A model generated the notes under the pieces. It did no database searches and was not told where the DNA came from. It worked only from the letters and a program-made list of their open reading frames with translations. A DNA stretch of 63,147 nucleotides, the filler included, from Nemertoderma westbladi (taxonomy: Eukaryota; Animalia; Xenacoelomorpha): the NCBI GenBank assembly GCA_032718475.1. It is 4 parts of 4 records of this genome, joined end to end, with 100 filler letters (N's around TTAATTAATTAA, not from the genome) between each part and the next. Parts side by side here need not be neighbours in the genome. Positions count along the whole stretch, not along the records: positions 1 to 21,599 come from JAUCBJ010003301.1; positions 21,700 to 45,995 come from JAUCBJ010002071.1; 2 more parts are not named here. The stretch is one strand, 5' to 3'. The position numbers and the translations under genes are program-made. Each line of letters starts with the position of its first letter. Position 1 is the stretch's first letter. Positions 13,707 to 25,968 of the stretch are shown piece by piece.

Positions 13707-14118
13707 CGAAACATTTCGTAATTTAGTGATATTTTAGGTGGAATTTCTCAAACTTTATTAGGAATTAATACTAATAATTAATTTAATTAATTAATTAAAA
13801 CTTTTATACCATTGTGCTAATGGTATAAAAGTTTGTCCCAATTTTTTTAATTCGCTAAATATATCGAAATTCAGTATCTCTAGTTTAATTGAGTATCTCT
13901 AGAGCCCTGCCTTTACTGCTGTTTGCATTTCCCATATTCATTAACTTATTTTTATACATACTAGTTGTTGGTAGGAAAGGCACAGGCAATGTGACATGTT
14001 GTCCTCTAAGACTATGAGTTATAATACGAAACATACAAACCTACCGTTATTATACTAACGATATATTAGTATCGTTAAACTTTAGGAATACAATATTAAT
14101 CACCCTATTCTGTCTTAC

Positions 14119-14750
14119 CTCATCAGTAGGGAATAACTCTTCGGAACTAGGCGCTAAACCATATCGTTTAGGTATGACCGATGCAGCCTCTATCATTCTG
14201 TCGAAAGCCACAGGGTCTACTTTGCCTTCCCTCTTAACGTCTCCCATCTCAAACGTGTTTATCAAGAAGAAATATAGTTCGCGGAATTCAGGCGTGGAAC
14301 GATCCAAACATTTTACCATAAACTCTAAAAACTCGTCAGTGGAAACATCCGTAGTCCCCCCTAAGAAATCCTTAGGTAAAACAGTTCCAACTTTATCTGT
14401 TATATGTCGCACAGCGAACTGAATCCAATTATCTAAGGTTACATATCCCTCCTTCTCGATATCCATGTCGATAAACATCTGTTTCCTGGTGGCGGCTCGG
14501 GTTTCTGCGTCCGGGTAGATATCTTCTGTGCTGGGAACGAATCCCAGTCTGCGGGGGAGGGCAGCTGCCTCCTCTATGAGGACGTCTATCTGCTCCAGTC
14601 GCACCTTGCCGCACATATCGGTATCGGCGCGCACAAACAGTGACACCAGGAACTGATAAAGTTCCGCGTAAGATCCCGACGATTTGTTACGCGTTGCAGT
14701 TCGACACCAGATTATAAATTCCTCGCGAGACTTTTCCATATTCCAACTTA
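14119..14750 (-). CDS. Main coding exon of four-EF-hand calcium-binding protein (two internally repeated halves)
   Basis: EF-like loops DTDMCGKVRLEQ, DIEKEGYVTLDN and DVKREGKVDPVA. Halves repeat each other (ELYQFL..LPRRLGFVPS / ELYFFL..IPKRYGLAPS). GAG|GTAAGA donor at 14118. The 5' end is either ATG 14739 or an AAG acceptor at 14751. Confidence 0.85.
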
Positions 14751-15039
14751 CTTGTAGGATATTATTACAATCAATAATATTGGCAGTACCGCAATGTAAT
14801 AAGGTGGAAGTAATTCCGTTTAATTTGGATCTTTATTGTTATGTTGTAGTTTTTTGTTTGCACCTTTTACTTAATAATTATTAAAGACGGTGTCAAGAGG
14901 CCGTAAAAGAACCGAAGTTAAACCAAAACGAAACTAATATTTTTACAGGCCGTTCATTAGCAGCCGACTTTTTTTTTAACTGGGTATCAACTCTAAACCA
15001 GTTTCAAATCTAAGCGTCTCAAATCTAAGCGTAACTGGG

Positions 15040-15275
15040 TTCCCAGTTACGAATTTGAGTACCTAGTTGCGAATCTGTGTTCCACGTTACAAATCAATGT
15101 GTTTAGTTGCAAATATGAGCACCTTGCCACGACGAATTGATGTCCCTGGTTACAATTTGTTACTAATGGTTGCAAATCTGATCACCCAGTTTCACAACTG
15201 AGTTCCAGGTTATAAATTCAACCGCCCAGTTGCAAATCTAAGAACCCCGTAAAAAATCAGTTACAAATCTGAGTG
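15040..15275. repeat. Degenerate minisatellite of roughly 21 bp (consensus near CCAGTTGCAAATCTGAG)
   Basis: Recurrent AGTT(A/G)CAAAT(C/T)TG motifs at regular short spacing. Confidence 0.5.
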
Positions 15276-15972
15276 TCATTTAACTTTTTATCAGCCAGCA
15301 CTACCTAAACTAATACATGTTGAGTAAATAATACAGTAGATAACAATACATGTTGAGCATTTATAAAAAAAATTGCAACATGATAGTGAACAAAGTTAGT
15401 TAGCAAACAATTTTAATCTCTCATACAGTAATATGTTCCTAAATTATTATTTAAGCAGTTAGGGCGACAGATATCATATCTACATCAAATTTAAATCTGT
15501 TACCAAACAACACTCATAGTATTAATGTTGCTAAAACATAATTAAACTTCCCAACTCAGATTGTAATTGAACATAGCCACTTATTAGTCACTTTTTTCCT
15601 TAATAATTATAAACTTATAAATTATATAATTAAAATTTGGCAATGAGATTGAAACAGCAGCAAACAAATGTAAACTTGGCACAACATTTATAAAGGGCTA
15701 CCCTTCACGAAATACAAACTGCCCTGGTTAATTATTACTTACTCTAGGGGCGGAACTAATACTGAGTTTCAAATTCCAAGATAATCCTAAAATAATTTAA
15801 ACGTTATTTTATTCAAAATATTATTTTGGTATACGTTAATTAAATTATTTCTGTCACGCATAATATGAAGAGCAATTCGATGAATATTAGAAAGTTAAAA
15901 ATAATGTTGATTGATTTCACTTTTCATGACCCCATTGCGATGTAAATACTGTGTCTAAAAATATACTTTAAT

Positions 15973-17514
15973 TCAAGGTGCGTGGAAATACATCAACTTC
16001 TTGCATCGTTTCCACACTGAGTCGGCTAACTTCTGTTTAATTTCGCAGTCACAATAAAGGATGAAGGAAATAAGATGGTCGAGACTCCCAGAACTTACTA
16101 TTTGCTCGAACTCGGTCGAAACTTCCGATGTAAAATACAACGGATTAACTAAGCGAATCCTAAGGTTCGTTATAGACTGCAGAGATTTCAGTACAACCAA
16201 TAGACTTTGGCAGTTGTCTAAAGTTATACAGAGAGTTTTAACTGTATTGATTAGAACATTGTTGGGGTTTTCAATCACATAATGCCGAGAGCCTATTTTA
16301 AAAGACTTAATATTTGGAAATATTTTGGCTAAAAGATCCAATGAGACAATAGTGGTGACATCGTCGCCCTTAAAGTAATGAAACTCCAATTCATTGACCT
16401 GAGGCAGACATACACCTCTTCCAACCGAACCCGACATAACTTGAAGAAACTCTGAACCACTAAGAAGTAAAATCAACTGGGTCAGATGTGGTAAATCGGT
16501 GAGATTATCGAATAATCTGGGTTCCCGTTCAGTATGATAAATTAACAACTCGAGACTCTGGAGTGTGCAGCGGCAATAACGGATAATTAATTCATTTAGA
16601 TAATTTTCAAAGGAGTAGTAATTGCGGGTATTATAAATATATAAATAGCTGAAACGGAAGTCACTTAAGTCCAGGTTGTTTACCCTTTCTTCAAGTAAAC
16701 GACTCGATTGGTAACTTGTAATGATTTCGAGATAAGGGAAGGTTGCGTGTAACTCGATGATACCAGCGGTTGATATACCAGAACACCACTTAATATCCAG
16801 CACCCGTAGACTTTCCCGTAGTGTTCGCAGTGTAATAATGTCTATAATGGAGTGAGGGATGTGTAGAACTATCAGTTCGGGACAATTGATTATGATGCCG
16901 GCGAGAATAGCCTCATTTATGGATCTTATCTTTATAGTTGTGAGATGAAGATACGAATGCCCTAAGTTGAAAACGACGTGCAGCATGTCACAAAAGAGAT
17001 TAAACTCATATGGGATATCTAAACACCTCAATGTAGTTGACACTCTTGGGAGCCAATCCAACACCGTGCGCATAATATCTAGAGAAAATTCTTCGTAAAA
17101 TTCTTCGTCCATGACGTCAATTGTGCCGAACGTCAGCGACTGGGAGATATAAATGTCTCTATACGTTTGCATCATGTTGTACAATGTTGGTTCCTGCCGC
17201 GGTGATACGCCACCGAATGACCTCAGCGGAGGTAAGGCGTTATACTTCAACTGTAATTGTTTAAACGCCATAACGTAGGCGTTCAAAATGAACTTCCGCA
17301 GATCGAGGCCAAGGGTTTCCGGGACGTCAATCAGCCATTTACAGAGGCCTTTGAGTGCAATGCGGTGTCGGAGTGACGATCTGGACATCCATCTACGATA
17401 TTCCATAATCACAATTCGGTCTACTAATGCTCGGGTTATGTTGACAATTCCGATTTCCTTTAAGGTTAAAAGACGGCAGTTATTATTGAGAATAACCGTT
17501 TGTATTTTCTCCAT
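15973..17514 (-). CDS. Intronless 513-aa leucine-rich-repeat protein (RNI/FBXL/AMN1-like LRRs)
   Basis: Long uninterrupted ATG-initiated ORF in AT-rich DNA. LxxLxL units such as CPELIVLHI, LRVLDIKWCSGIS, FPYLEII, LQSLELL, LPHLTQLILL, FPNIKSFKI and LQSITNLRI. Confidence 0.75.
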   Translation of the reverse strand: MEKIQTVILNNNCRLLTLKEIGIVNITRALVDRIVIMEYRRWMSRSSLRHRIALKGLCKWLIDVPETLGLDLRKFILNAYVMAFKQLQLKYNALPPLRSFGGVSPRQEPTLYNMMQTYRDIYISQSLTFGTIDVMDEEFYEEFSLDIMRTVLDWLPRVSTTLRCLDIPYEFNLFCDMLHVVFNLGHSYLHLTTIKIRSINEAILAGIIINCPELIVLHIPHSIIDIITLRTLRESLRVLDIKWCSGISTAGIIELHATFPYLEIITSYQSSRLLEERVNNLDLSDFRFSYLYIYNTRNYYSFENYLNELIIRYCRCTLQSLELLIYHTEREPRLFDNLTDLPHLTQLILLLSGSEFLQVMSGSVGRGVCLPQVNELEFHYFKGDDVTTIVSLDLLAKIFPNIKSFKIGSRHYVIENPNNVLINTVKTLCITLDNCQSLLVVLKSLQSITNLRIRLVNPLYFTSEVSTEFEQIVSSGSLDHLISFILYCDCEIKQKLADSVWKRCKKLMYFHAP

Positions 17515-17879
17515 CGTTCTTTAGATAACTTCTCTAAATTAATTACGCTAATTTTAACACAGTAATACCACTGTATTTTGACTGTTACATATTTACCACG
17601 TATAGAGTATCAAATAATGTATTCTTTGAATGTCTTTACCAATATTTTCTGGAATAATTTTAACAGTGATATGGTTATGGTTACAGGTGATATCAAATAT
17701 TTATGTCCTTTAGTAAAACCAAAACATTTGAAACCATTTAAACGATGAAAGACTGAGTCAAATTTGAGGAAAATCCACTTAATTTCCGGAATTATTAACT
17801 AATAACTTAGTTAATTAATTAGGCCGATTTCCCCTAGACTGATTATTCCCGTGTCTGTATCTATGTATCTCACTAAGGG

Positions 17880-19688
17880 ATAGATGCTCTAACTGACTAC
17901 AACGGCCAATAATGTAATCAAGGTTGCATTTAGGTCTCCGAACAGTGAACAGGCAATTCTCTGATAATTTACAGAGAGCTTATCAACCAGCAGGTTGATG
18001 CCACCAATGGGATGCCGATGACACTGACAGCAAGAAGTCATCTAAGACTGACTGGGAGGAAAAGCCAACAAAACCGCCAGGTTAAGGCAGAATGTCCAGC
18101 CGATCGCCTCATGTTGGAAGGCCCAGTCCTCTTTGAAAAGCCCTTAAATAATGAAAGCAGAACAACAATTATAGTGCATGAATCTGCACTCCCTTATAAT
18201 CACATTGGCGATATCTCCTTTGATGAAGTCAAGGCTGCTGCAAAGAACATTTAAGACCAATCGTCCAGTGGAGTAGATAGTGTCCCCCATGAGATCTAAA
18301 TACCAGATGTTTGGAGCTTATTTATCCCATCACAATGAATGGACATGTACAGAACGATGAGAGTCCCACAAGAAATGAAAACAAATAAGTTGGTGCCAGT
18401 TCCCAAGCAGGGCAACCTAACACTCTATGGTTCTTTTCGGGGGATCTAATTAATCTCGATTGCTGCAAAGCTACCGATATACAATATAATTATATTATTA
18501 AATCGCATCAGGGATCCAATTGAGAGACTATGCTACGTGGAAATCAGAATGGGTTCCGTAAAGGTCGTGGGACCATGAAGACCATTCTGGCGCTTAGAAT
18601 GATAATTGGAGAGTTATCAAAAAAGAAAGACAGGCATCGGGCTGTTTTCTTTGTTGACTTCTTCAAGGCCTTTGATTCCATCTCTCGACAACATATGTAT
18701 GACCTTGCATTGTTATACTTGCATAATAATTGCGTAATACTTGCATTGTATGGGATTCTTGAGGAAATTATCGCAGCAATCAGATCAGTATACAATGGTT
18801 CGACGACATTTTGTGTCTACCATTAATGGTGAGACTGACCTATCCATTCGAAGGGCGACACACTTGTGCAATTCTTATTCATAATTCTTGTTGACTATGT
18901 TCTACGCAGGTCCTTCGATCATCTTAATGAAGATGGGGTGATGGTAAAACCATATCTGGGCCCTGGCTACAAAAGTTGAAGAAAAGCAGCCAAGCACCTA
19001 ACTGTTCTAGACGTTGCTGATGACTTAGGGGAACTCCCAGAAGCACTAGGTTGGCAAGTTAACTTCGACAATCATCAGGAAATCTCTAATCGTATTAGCA
19101 TAGGCATAAGGATGGTGTGCTTGAGCGTGTGGAAACTTCGGATACGTAACGATAAGGCACGATGAGATGCTCCCACGGACACCAAATCTCTGGATGACTC
19201 ATACAAAATAATGTTAGGTCGGGTTCACTGTGTCAAGTACAAAGCACATATCTCCAAACAGACAATATACAGCATTGGAGGTTTCTCATGGGTCCCCGTG
19301 AGCTTGAATCTTGAACAAAGCCGCCCCGCTTCGCAAGACATTGCTTCCGTCCTGAGCACCAGCTTGTGCACAACATTGTGCTTTGGCAGCCTCATGGAGC
19401 AAATAAGCATGATAGACAACCCATGACTTTCTTTGAGACACCTCTTAAGGACACTGGCCATGAAGATGCGGATAATCTCACATAAGTCATGGGGATAGGT
19501 TGCAATGCGGCGCAATGTTTTTGATAAACCGGCAAAACATTATTAACGAAAGCTGCATTGCAGCATGCAAATTGTGGAATGTATGGTGGTGGCACAAATG
19601 TTCCATAACCGCTTCTCATATGTCCAGCGCAATGCAGCATTATAGTATAGTATAGCGCAATGCAGCTGATTATACCTGTAGTAGTATC
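17880..19688 (+). pseudogene. Old degenerate copy of the RTE LINE (RT region, many indels)
   Basis: Collinear with 37376-38953 (NQNGFRKGRGT, FVDFFKAFDS). Extends further 5' (LTGRKSQQ..KAECPADRL). Has stops, frameshifts and internal deletions, and a remnant GTAGTAGTA tail. Confidence 0.88.
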
Positions 19689-20104
19689 TCTGTATGTGTG
19701 TCGAACAAATAAACTAGTTAAAGGATACAAGGTAAAGTTGTTTTAGGGTACCTCCATCAGCGGCTTAACTCGACTCGATCATAAATAAATTATTACAAAC
19801 TCATCTTAAATAAGGAGCATAATTATTATGACCTACAACAATAGAGGCTGACCCCACCTTAGGCCACATCATAAACAGATATACTAGCAGCTGTTGAGTC
19901 ATTATTATAGTTTAATTTTCATATGTACGGCCGATCGGATTATACTAGTTGACTAGTAGATTAGGAATACTTACTTACACAGGTCTGAGGTAATTATATC
20001 GTTTCCGTACGCCCCGGTTTAAAAAAATGGAAATCAATTAATACAATTTATTATTATTTTTTGTCTGTTTGGTGATTTGATTCTTGAGTTGAGTTGATTC
20101 TTAC

Positions 20105-20126
20105 CTGGAGGTACAAGAGTTGACAT
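20105..20126 (-). CDS. Putative first coding exon (MSTLVPP) of the EF-hand gene
   Basis: ATG TCA ACT CTT GTA CCT CCA G|GTAAGA with a strong donor. Phase 1 joins AAG|TA at 14750 to give MSTLVPPVSWNMEKSREEF with no stop (266 aa total). Confidence 0.55.
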
Positions 20127-21599
20127 ATCTCTTGAACTAAATGATCTACGACTTGATGAAGGCCAAAGTAAGGAGGATTAAATTATCTTTCAGCCCAGCA
20201 GTTTTATTTAATGTAAGAAAGCGGTCTAAGTAGGTAAAATTTCAGTTAGAGGGTATAGTTAGTTAATTTTTAGTCAGCAACTAAGTACCTGTAAAGCTAT
20301 TAGAGGCCTAAGCTAAATGAATAATTAATTAGTTGTTTGTTACTGAATCTTTTGAACGGGTTGGTATGAATATGGGGGGTGGATTGGTTCATCCCTCACC
20401 CCTACCGCTCTATAAAAATGGTTGAACTTGAAGTCAAATATAATATAATATTGTTCTGAAAATTGAAATTGCACCAGTTAAGTAAATGATTTTTATAAAA
20501 TGAATATATACCCAGAATAAGGTAAGTGCGCTAAAATTATTTTATACAATTAATAATAAATACATAATATTATAAGGTATAAAAATTACTACTAACTATT
20601 TGCATCGTGGTCTGTAGAGTAGCACACTACAATGCATTTTATTTTACTCCAAAATTGAAATTAGGTGCTGAAAAAATGTTACCTTTAACAGATTTATTCG
20701 CAACAAAAGGGGTCACAGATAATGAAAAATTTGTTTAATATTTGATATGTTTAAATGTTTGAGTTTGATGTATCCCATTTTTCATTATCTGTGTTCGCCA
20801 TCAAATCTTGGCTTATATTTCAAGATTTATGGGATTATTTATCGAATAAAAAAGTGTTATATGCCAAGAATTTCGCCAAAATCAAATGTGTTTCTTAATA
20901 ATTATTTTAAAACTGCTGGAGTGATTTTATGTTACAATTTAGCAATAAAATATTATGTATTTAGTAACAATACGCAATGTAATTTGCGACAGTTTCTTTT
21001 ATACCCTAAAATATAATGAAATAATGTCGCCCAATAAAATTAGTTAATTAATTATTATTCCCCAAAGATTTTTAATTAACTCGCATTTATGGGGGAGATG
21101 TAATCCGAACCCAAAGTCTTATTCGTATCGTTTATGAATAATAATTAATCAATGGGAAATAACTATTAATTCTGTGGGGCATAATAATAACCCTTTAAAT
21201 AATTAATAATGTGAGACATTTATAACATAAGTTGACAGTTTAAAAACACCCAGCCAATGATACCCATCCTGGTAGTTAAATTCATGATACACATTCGAAT
21301 AATAATGTATAATACAATATAATTTATATATATTTAGAAATAAATAAGATACAGTGAAATAAAAATAAAAAAGCGAAGTAGTAAACAAAGTATAACAAAT
21401 ATTTATACGAACTAAATATCTACGCTAATTAACAATTCATTATTGCACTAAAATTCACCTCAACAAAATACACCACGCCTCGTATACTGTACACGTATAC
21501 GCCATCATCCGTAATAGTGTCATTTTCTTCATTATGATTATTATTATTATTTTCGTAGTTTGTACTTCATCATGGTCAGAGGTTGTACTTAATTTAGGG

Positions 21600-21699
21600 N
21601 NNNNNNNNNNNNNNNNNNNNNNNNNNNNNNNNNNNNNNNNNNNTTAATTAATTAANNNNNNNNNNNNNNNNNNNNNNNNNNNNNNNNNNNNNNNNNNNN
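21600..21699. other. Artificial contig linker N44-TTAATTAATTAA-N44
   Basis: Six-frame stop oligomer flanked by Ns; an identical 100-bp structure occurs three times. Confidence 0.98.
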
Positions 21700-21920
21700 T
21701 ATACCGGTACCAGTACAGCAGTATGACTACAGCATGCAGGGACATAACATATACCCAGGGGAGGGGGGAATTATTGCGGATAGGTGTATGGGCCCCAACA
21801 TATTAACATCAACCCCAGTACCAAACATACCGGTGGGGGGGGGGGGGGGGGGGACAGGGTGACATTCCCCCATCACAACATCAACAATATACCCCGATAG
21901 GAGCGAGAACAACGAGACCC

Positions 21921-24002
21921 TTGGATGAAAATAGGTCGTGTGACACAGAGATATGGAGGGGGCCGCTACCCCCGATGACATACCCAAGTCAAAGAAGATC
22001 AAGAAATAGGACGGACGAACCGCACCAGACAGGAGAAACTATACAGCATCCATCGAACCCATTGGAAGTACAGGCGATGGGGATGGCCACGTTGATCGAT
22101 GCGTTAAAAACGAGGATCGAGTTACCACCTGTGGAACCATTCAAATTCGATGGGAGTAGGCCGGAAGAATATCTACAGTTTCGGCGCATGTATAGTAACG
22201 AAATACTTACGAAAAACTTGACGCAGGCGGAGTGCCTAAAGTATCTGCAAGTATACACGGGAGGCCCAGCATACGATATCTTGAGGCAATATCAAGGAAT
22301 AGAGGGCGGCTTCACGACAGCGTGGCGGGCACTGGACAGGGAATACGGGCACCCGGCCAAGATCATCAGACAGACACTGAGAGGCATAACATCGGGTGGC
22401 CTACAGGATAATCCCGTTAGCATTAAGACGTTCGCTAACAAGGTCGAAAAGGCGCTAATCGTGCTGAAGACGCTAGACGCGCCATACGAGCTCAACGCGT
22501 CCAATAACATCACCACGATAGCACAGGCACTACCAAACTGGCTGCGCAACAAGTGGAGGAAGATCGCCTTCTCCACTCGAGACAAGAAGGGTGTGGAACC
22601 GGGTTTAGAAGAAATGTCAAGCTTCTTAAACTACGAGGCTGAACTAATAACTGACCCAGTCTATAGCGAAGATAGCCTGGGAAAGGGACCGAAGACGGAT
22701 TACCATAGACCGAAACCAGAACACAATACATCAAACGCATTACCGAGGCTCAGGCAATCATTGCCATATGCAGCGACGCAGGGGACTGCAAGTCCACAGC
22801 TAGCCGAAGATAAGACAACACCATGGAACGGACAGGGGAACAATAACAACACGAATAAATACAACCCCAGTACGTCCAGTAGGTCGAATCCAAACAATAA
22901 GAATAGTAGGGACTTTGGTACAAACGCAGCTGCGATACGCAATGCACTGTATAAAGAGGGCTACGACCCAAAGAGCAAATGCCAGCTACACGCAAATGCG
23001 CTTCATCAAACCATGAACTGCAGGTACTGGCAAGCGCTACCTAGGCAAGATCAGATAGATTATGCATTGAGCAACAAAATCTGCTCGCGATGTGTAATGA
23101 GTGGACATAGAGCAAGGGAGTGCAAGGAGAAGCCGGTAAAGTTTGGTCAGAGGAGAGGCCAGACGATGGCGACGAGCACAGTAGGGGCGAAGAAGAGAGG
23201 AACGGTGTTACTTGGAGTAGTACCCGTGCGAGTTATTGGGGAAGGCAATCGATCAGTAACAACACTAATGCTGGTCGATAGTGGAGCTGCCTTCACATTA
23301 GTCGAGGAATGGGTGGCCGAAGAGATAGGATTGAGAACGAGGCCAAGCAGAATGGCGGTAACAACCATCTCTAGCAAAGATGAGATCTTGGAGATGAGAA
23401 CAGGACGGTGCGCAATTGCAGCAGTGGCACCGGGATGCGACTATGGGGTAACCATCGACCCCATCCAAGTGATAGAGTCAATTAATATCAATGCCAGGCG
23501 GCCAACCAACATCGAGGTCGAGCAATATAAATTCCTGGACGACATTGACTTCTCAATCCCAGACGTGGATGTTAGGAATGTATCCATCATAGTAGGAATG
23601 GATTGCCCAACGGCCCACGAAAGAATGCAAACGGTCTTCGGCGAAGACAAGCAGTGTGACCCGGTGGTGATATTAACACCATTCGGGTGGACGCTGAGTG
23701 GTCCAATCAAGAGTAAGATACCATTTAGGATGTCGGAGACATCAGGATGCATGTTCGCGGGAACAATGCAGGAAATGGGTGATGAGGGAGCAGAGGAGCT
23801 GCTTAAAAGACTGCTCAGACAAGATTTCGAGGGACTAAAGGAGACCGGGGTCGGGACCTCGGTAGAAGACAAGCAGGCTTTACAAAGCGTGGAGGAATCG
23901 ATGACATGCAATGAGGGGCGGTATACTATAGGAATGGTATGGAAACTACCGAAGATACCGCTGCCCGATAATAGAGGGATGGTACTCACTGAACCACACT
24001 GA
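21921..24002 (+). pseudogene. BEL/Pao gag plus aspartic protease (frameshifted relative to RT)
   Basis: FKFDGS..EYLQF..YTGGPA..AWRAL..EYG gag core. Zinc knuckles CQLH..H..C and CSRC..GH..C. Protease LVDSGA; TPFGWTLSGP. Frame changes near 23990. Confidence 0.88.
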
Positions 24003-24082
24003 AACAAACACTAAAACGGAGCCCCGAGAAGAATGAGTACATCCACAGAACGATTAAGAAGTACGTCGAGAAAGGATGGGCC

Positions 24083-25966
24083 GTGGAGTTACCGGTCGAC
24101 GAGCCGAACACGGACAGGACATATTACCTGCCACTCCACGTGGCTTTAGACCCAAAGAAAGGTAAACTACGGATGGTAGTCGACGCATCGGCAAAGACCG
24201 ACGGAAAATGCCTAAACGACTACCTGTTAGAAGGCCCAAACATATACAATTCGGGCATAGAGGTCCTACTTAGATTTAGGAATGGGAAACACGCCTTCAC
24301 GTGTGACATAGAAGGCATGTTCAACCAAGTCCGTGTAACGGAGGAAGATAGCGACAGTCAGCGCTTCTTATGGTATAACGGCGAGGAAGAACCGTCGATA
24401 ATACCAGCATATAAGATGGTAGTTCAAAACATGGGAGCCAAGTCGTCTTCATTTACGACGACTATGGCAGTTAGAGACACAGTGAAGGGGAAGGAAGATA
24501 GATACAGCACTAGGGCCGTCGATATGATTCGACGCGGCTTCTACGTAGACGACAGAATGGAGTCTGGAAATACGGTTAAGGAGATACTGGACACGGGGCG
24601 CGAGGTTCGCGACATCCTAAAAGGATCCGGCTTTAACCTGACCAAATTCCAATCCAGCTCGGAAGAATTTATCAAGGCGATAGAGGACAAGAGACCAGAA
24701 TCGACCATGGATAATCCCACAACAGCCAAAGGGCAGGACATGGCGAATAAGAGAACAGAATCTCAACAGAAGGCATTGGGAATCATGTGGAACAGAGAGA
24801 CAGACGAACTGAAGTATCAGCTGAGCCAGGAGGGTGCAGACATCCACACGAAGAGGGGCTATGTATCGTATATAGCAAGGATATACGATCCCCTAGGCCT
24901 AGCATCCCCATTATTAGTTACGGGGAAACAGATACTCAAGAGAGTATACAAATTGAAGGATGAGTGGGACGTAGAGGTACCAGAGGAAATCAAGAAACAA
25001 TAGAGTAAGTGGACAGGAGACTTGGAGAAGATGGGAACATACAACATGCCACGAGTGTATTTCCCGGATGGGAACATGACGAACCTGGACCTACACATGT
25101 TCTCCGATGCGTCGTTGGAGGCGTACGAAGCGGCACTCTACTTAGTACAACGAGAGGGGGCTCATAAGCCCAGACTAGCCTTTAGCAAAGCGAAGTCAAC
25201 GCCGCCAGATTCAGCATCAGTTCCCAAATTAGAATTGACAGCTGCGAGACTAGGAGTTAGAGCCACAGCCTACCTAGTGGATACTATTCCCAACATAGTG
25301 GAGACACACTACTGGACGGACTCCATGGTAGTACTTGGTTGGCTACATAACGAAAGGACGAGGTACCCAATATTCGTCGCAAATAGAGTGGACGAAATAA
25401 GGGCGAGCACAGAACTGGAAAGGTGGCACTACTGCCCAACGGACGAGAACCCAGCGGACTTGTTGTCGAGGGGCATGGTACGCCACACTTTCTTGAAGAA
25501 GGAAGTATTGTGGCAACATGGGCAACAATTTCTGAGCGATAAGGAGGCCTGGCCGCCGATGAGAAAGGTGGACCCGGGCTCAGAAGTAGTGTCAGAGGGA
25601 GAAGAGGGAGATTCAGAAGGAGAAGAGATATACTCCCAGATGGTGAGGGAGATTAGGGATGTGCAACCAAAACAAGAACTATGCGATAACCCGACGGATA
25701 AACTCCTCAGCTACAGTTCTAGCTGGTATAAGACCAAGAAACTAGTGGCGTACTGGAGAGCCTTCGGGAATTTCCTCGCGCGAGTTGGCAAGGACAAGAA
25801 GATCAGGACGACCATAGATCTGGAAGGAGCGGCCAAGGCAATCATCCGCTATGAACAACGGAAGAACTATAGTGACGAGGTAGAACGCGTCGGTAACCAA
25901 CAACACCTCCGACGGGACAGCGAGCTGATCACGCTGTCGCCACAACTTATGACGACGGGATTCTAG
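24083..25966 (+). pseudogene. BEL/Pao reverse transcriptase and RNase H (in-frame TAG at 25001)
   Basis: YYLPLH, KLRMVVDAS, CLNDYL, DIEGMFNQV, FYVDD, YDPLGL; then HMFSDAS, PKLELTAA, WTDS, FVANRV, NPADLLSRG. Both ORFs are in the same frame, split by one stop. Confidence 0.92.
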
Positions 25967-25968
25967 TA

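Noticed and set aside
6078-13714. Many ORFs such as GKGCKTQIQVSYYKG repeats
   Set aside because: Translations of satellite monomers whose lengths are mostly not multiples of 3; no consistent frame.
14050-14118. C-terminal extension VRQNRVINIVF.. of the EF-hand ORF
   Set aside because: Begins at a GTAAGA donor and is AT-rich intron; the real continuation is at 4726.
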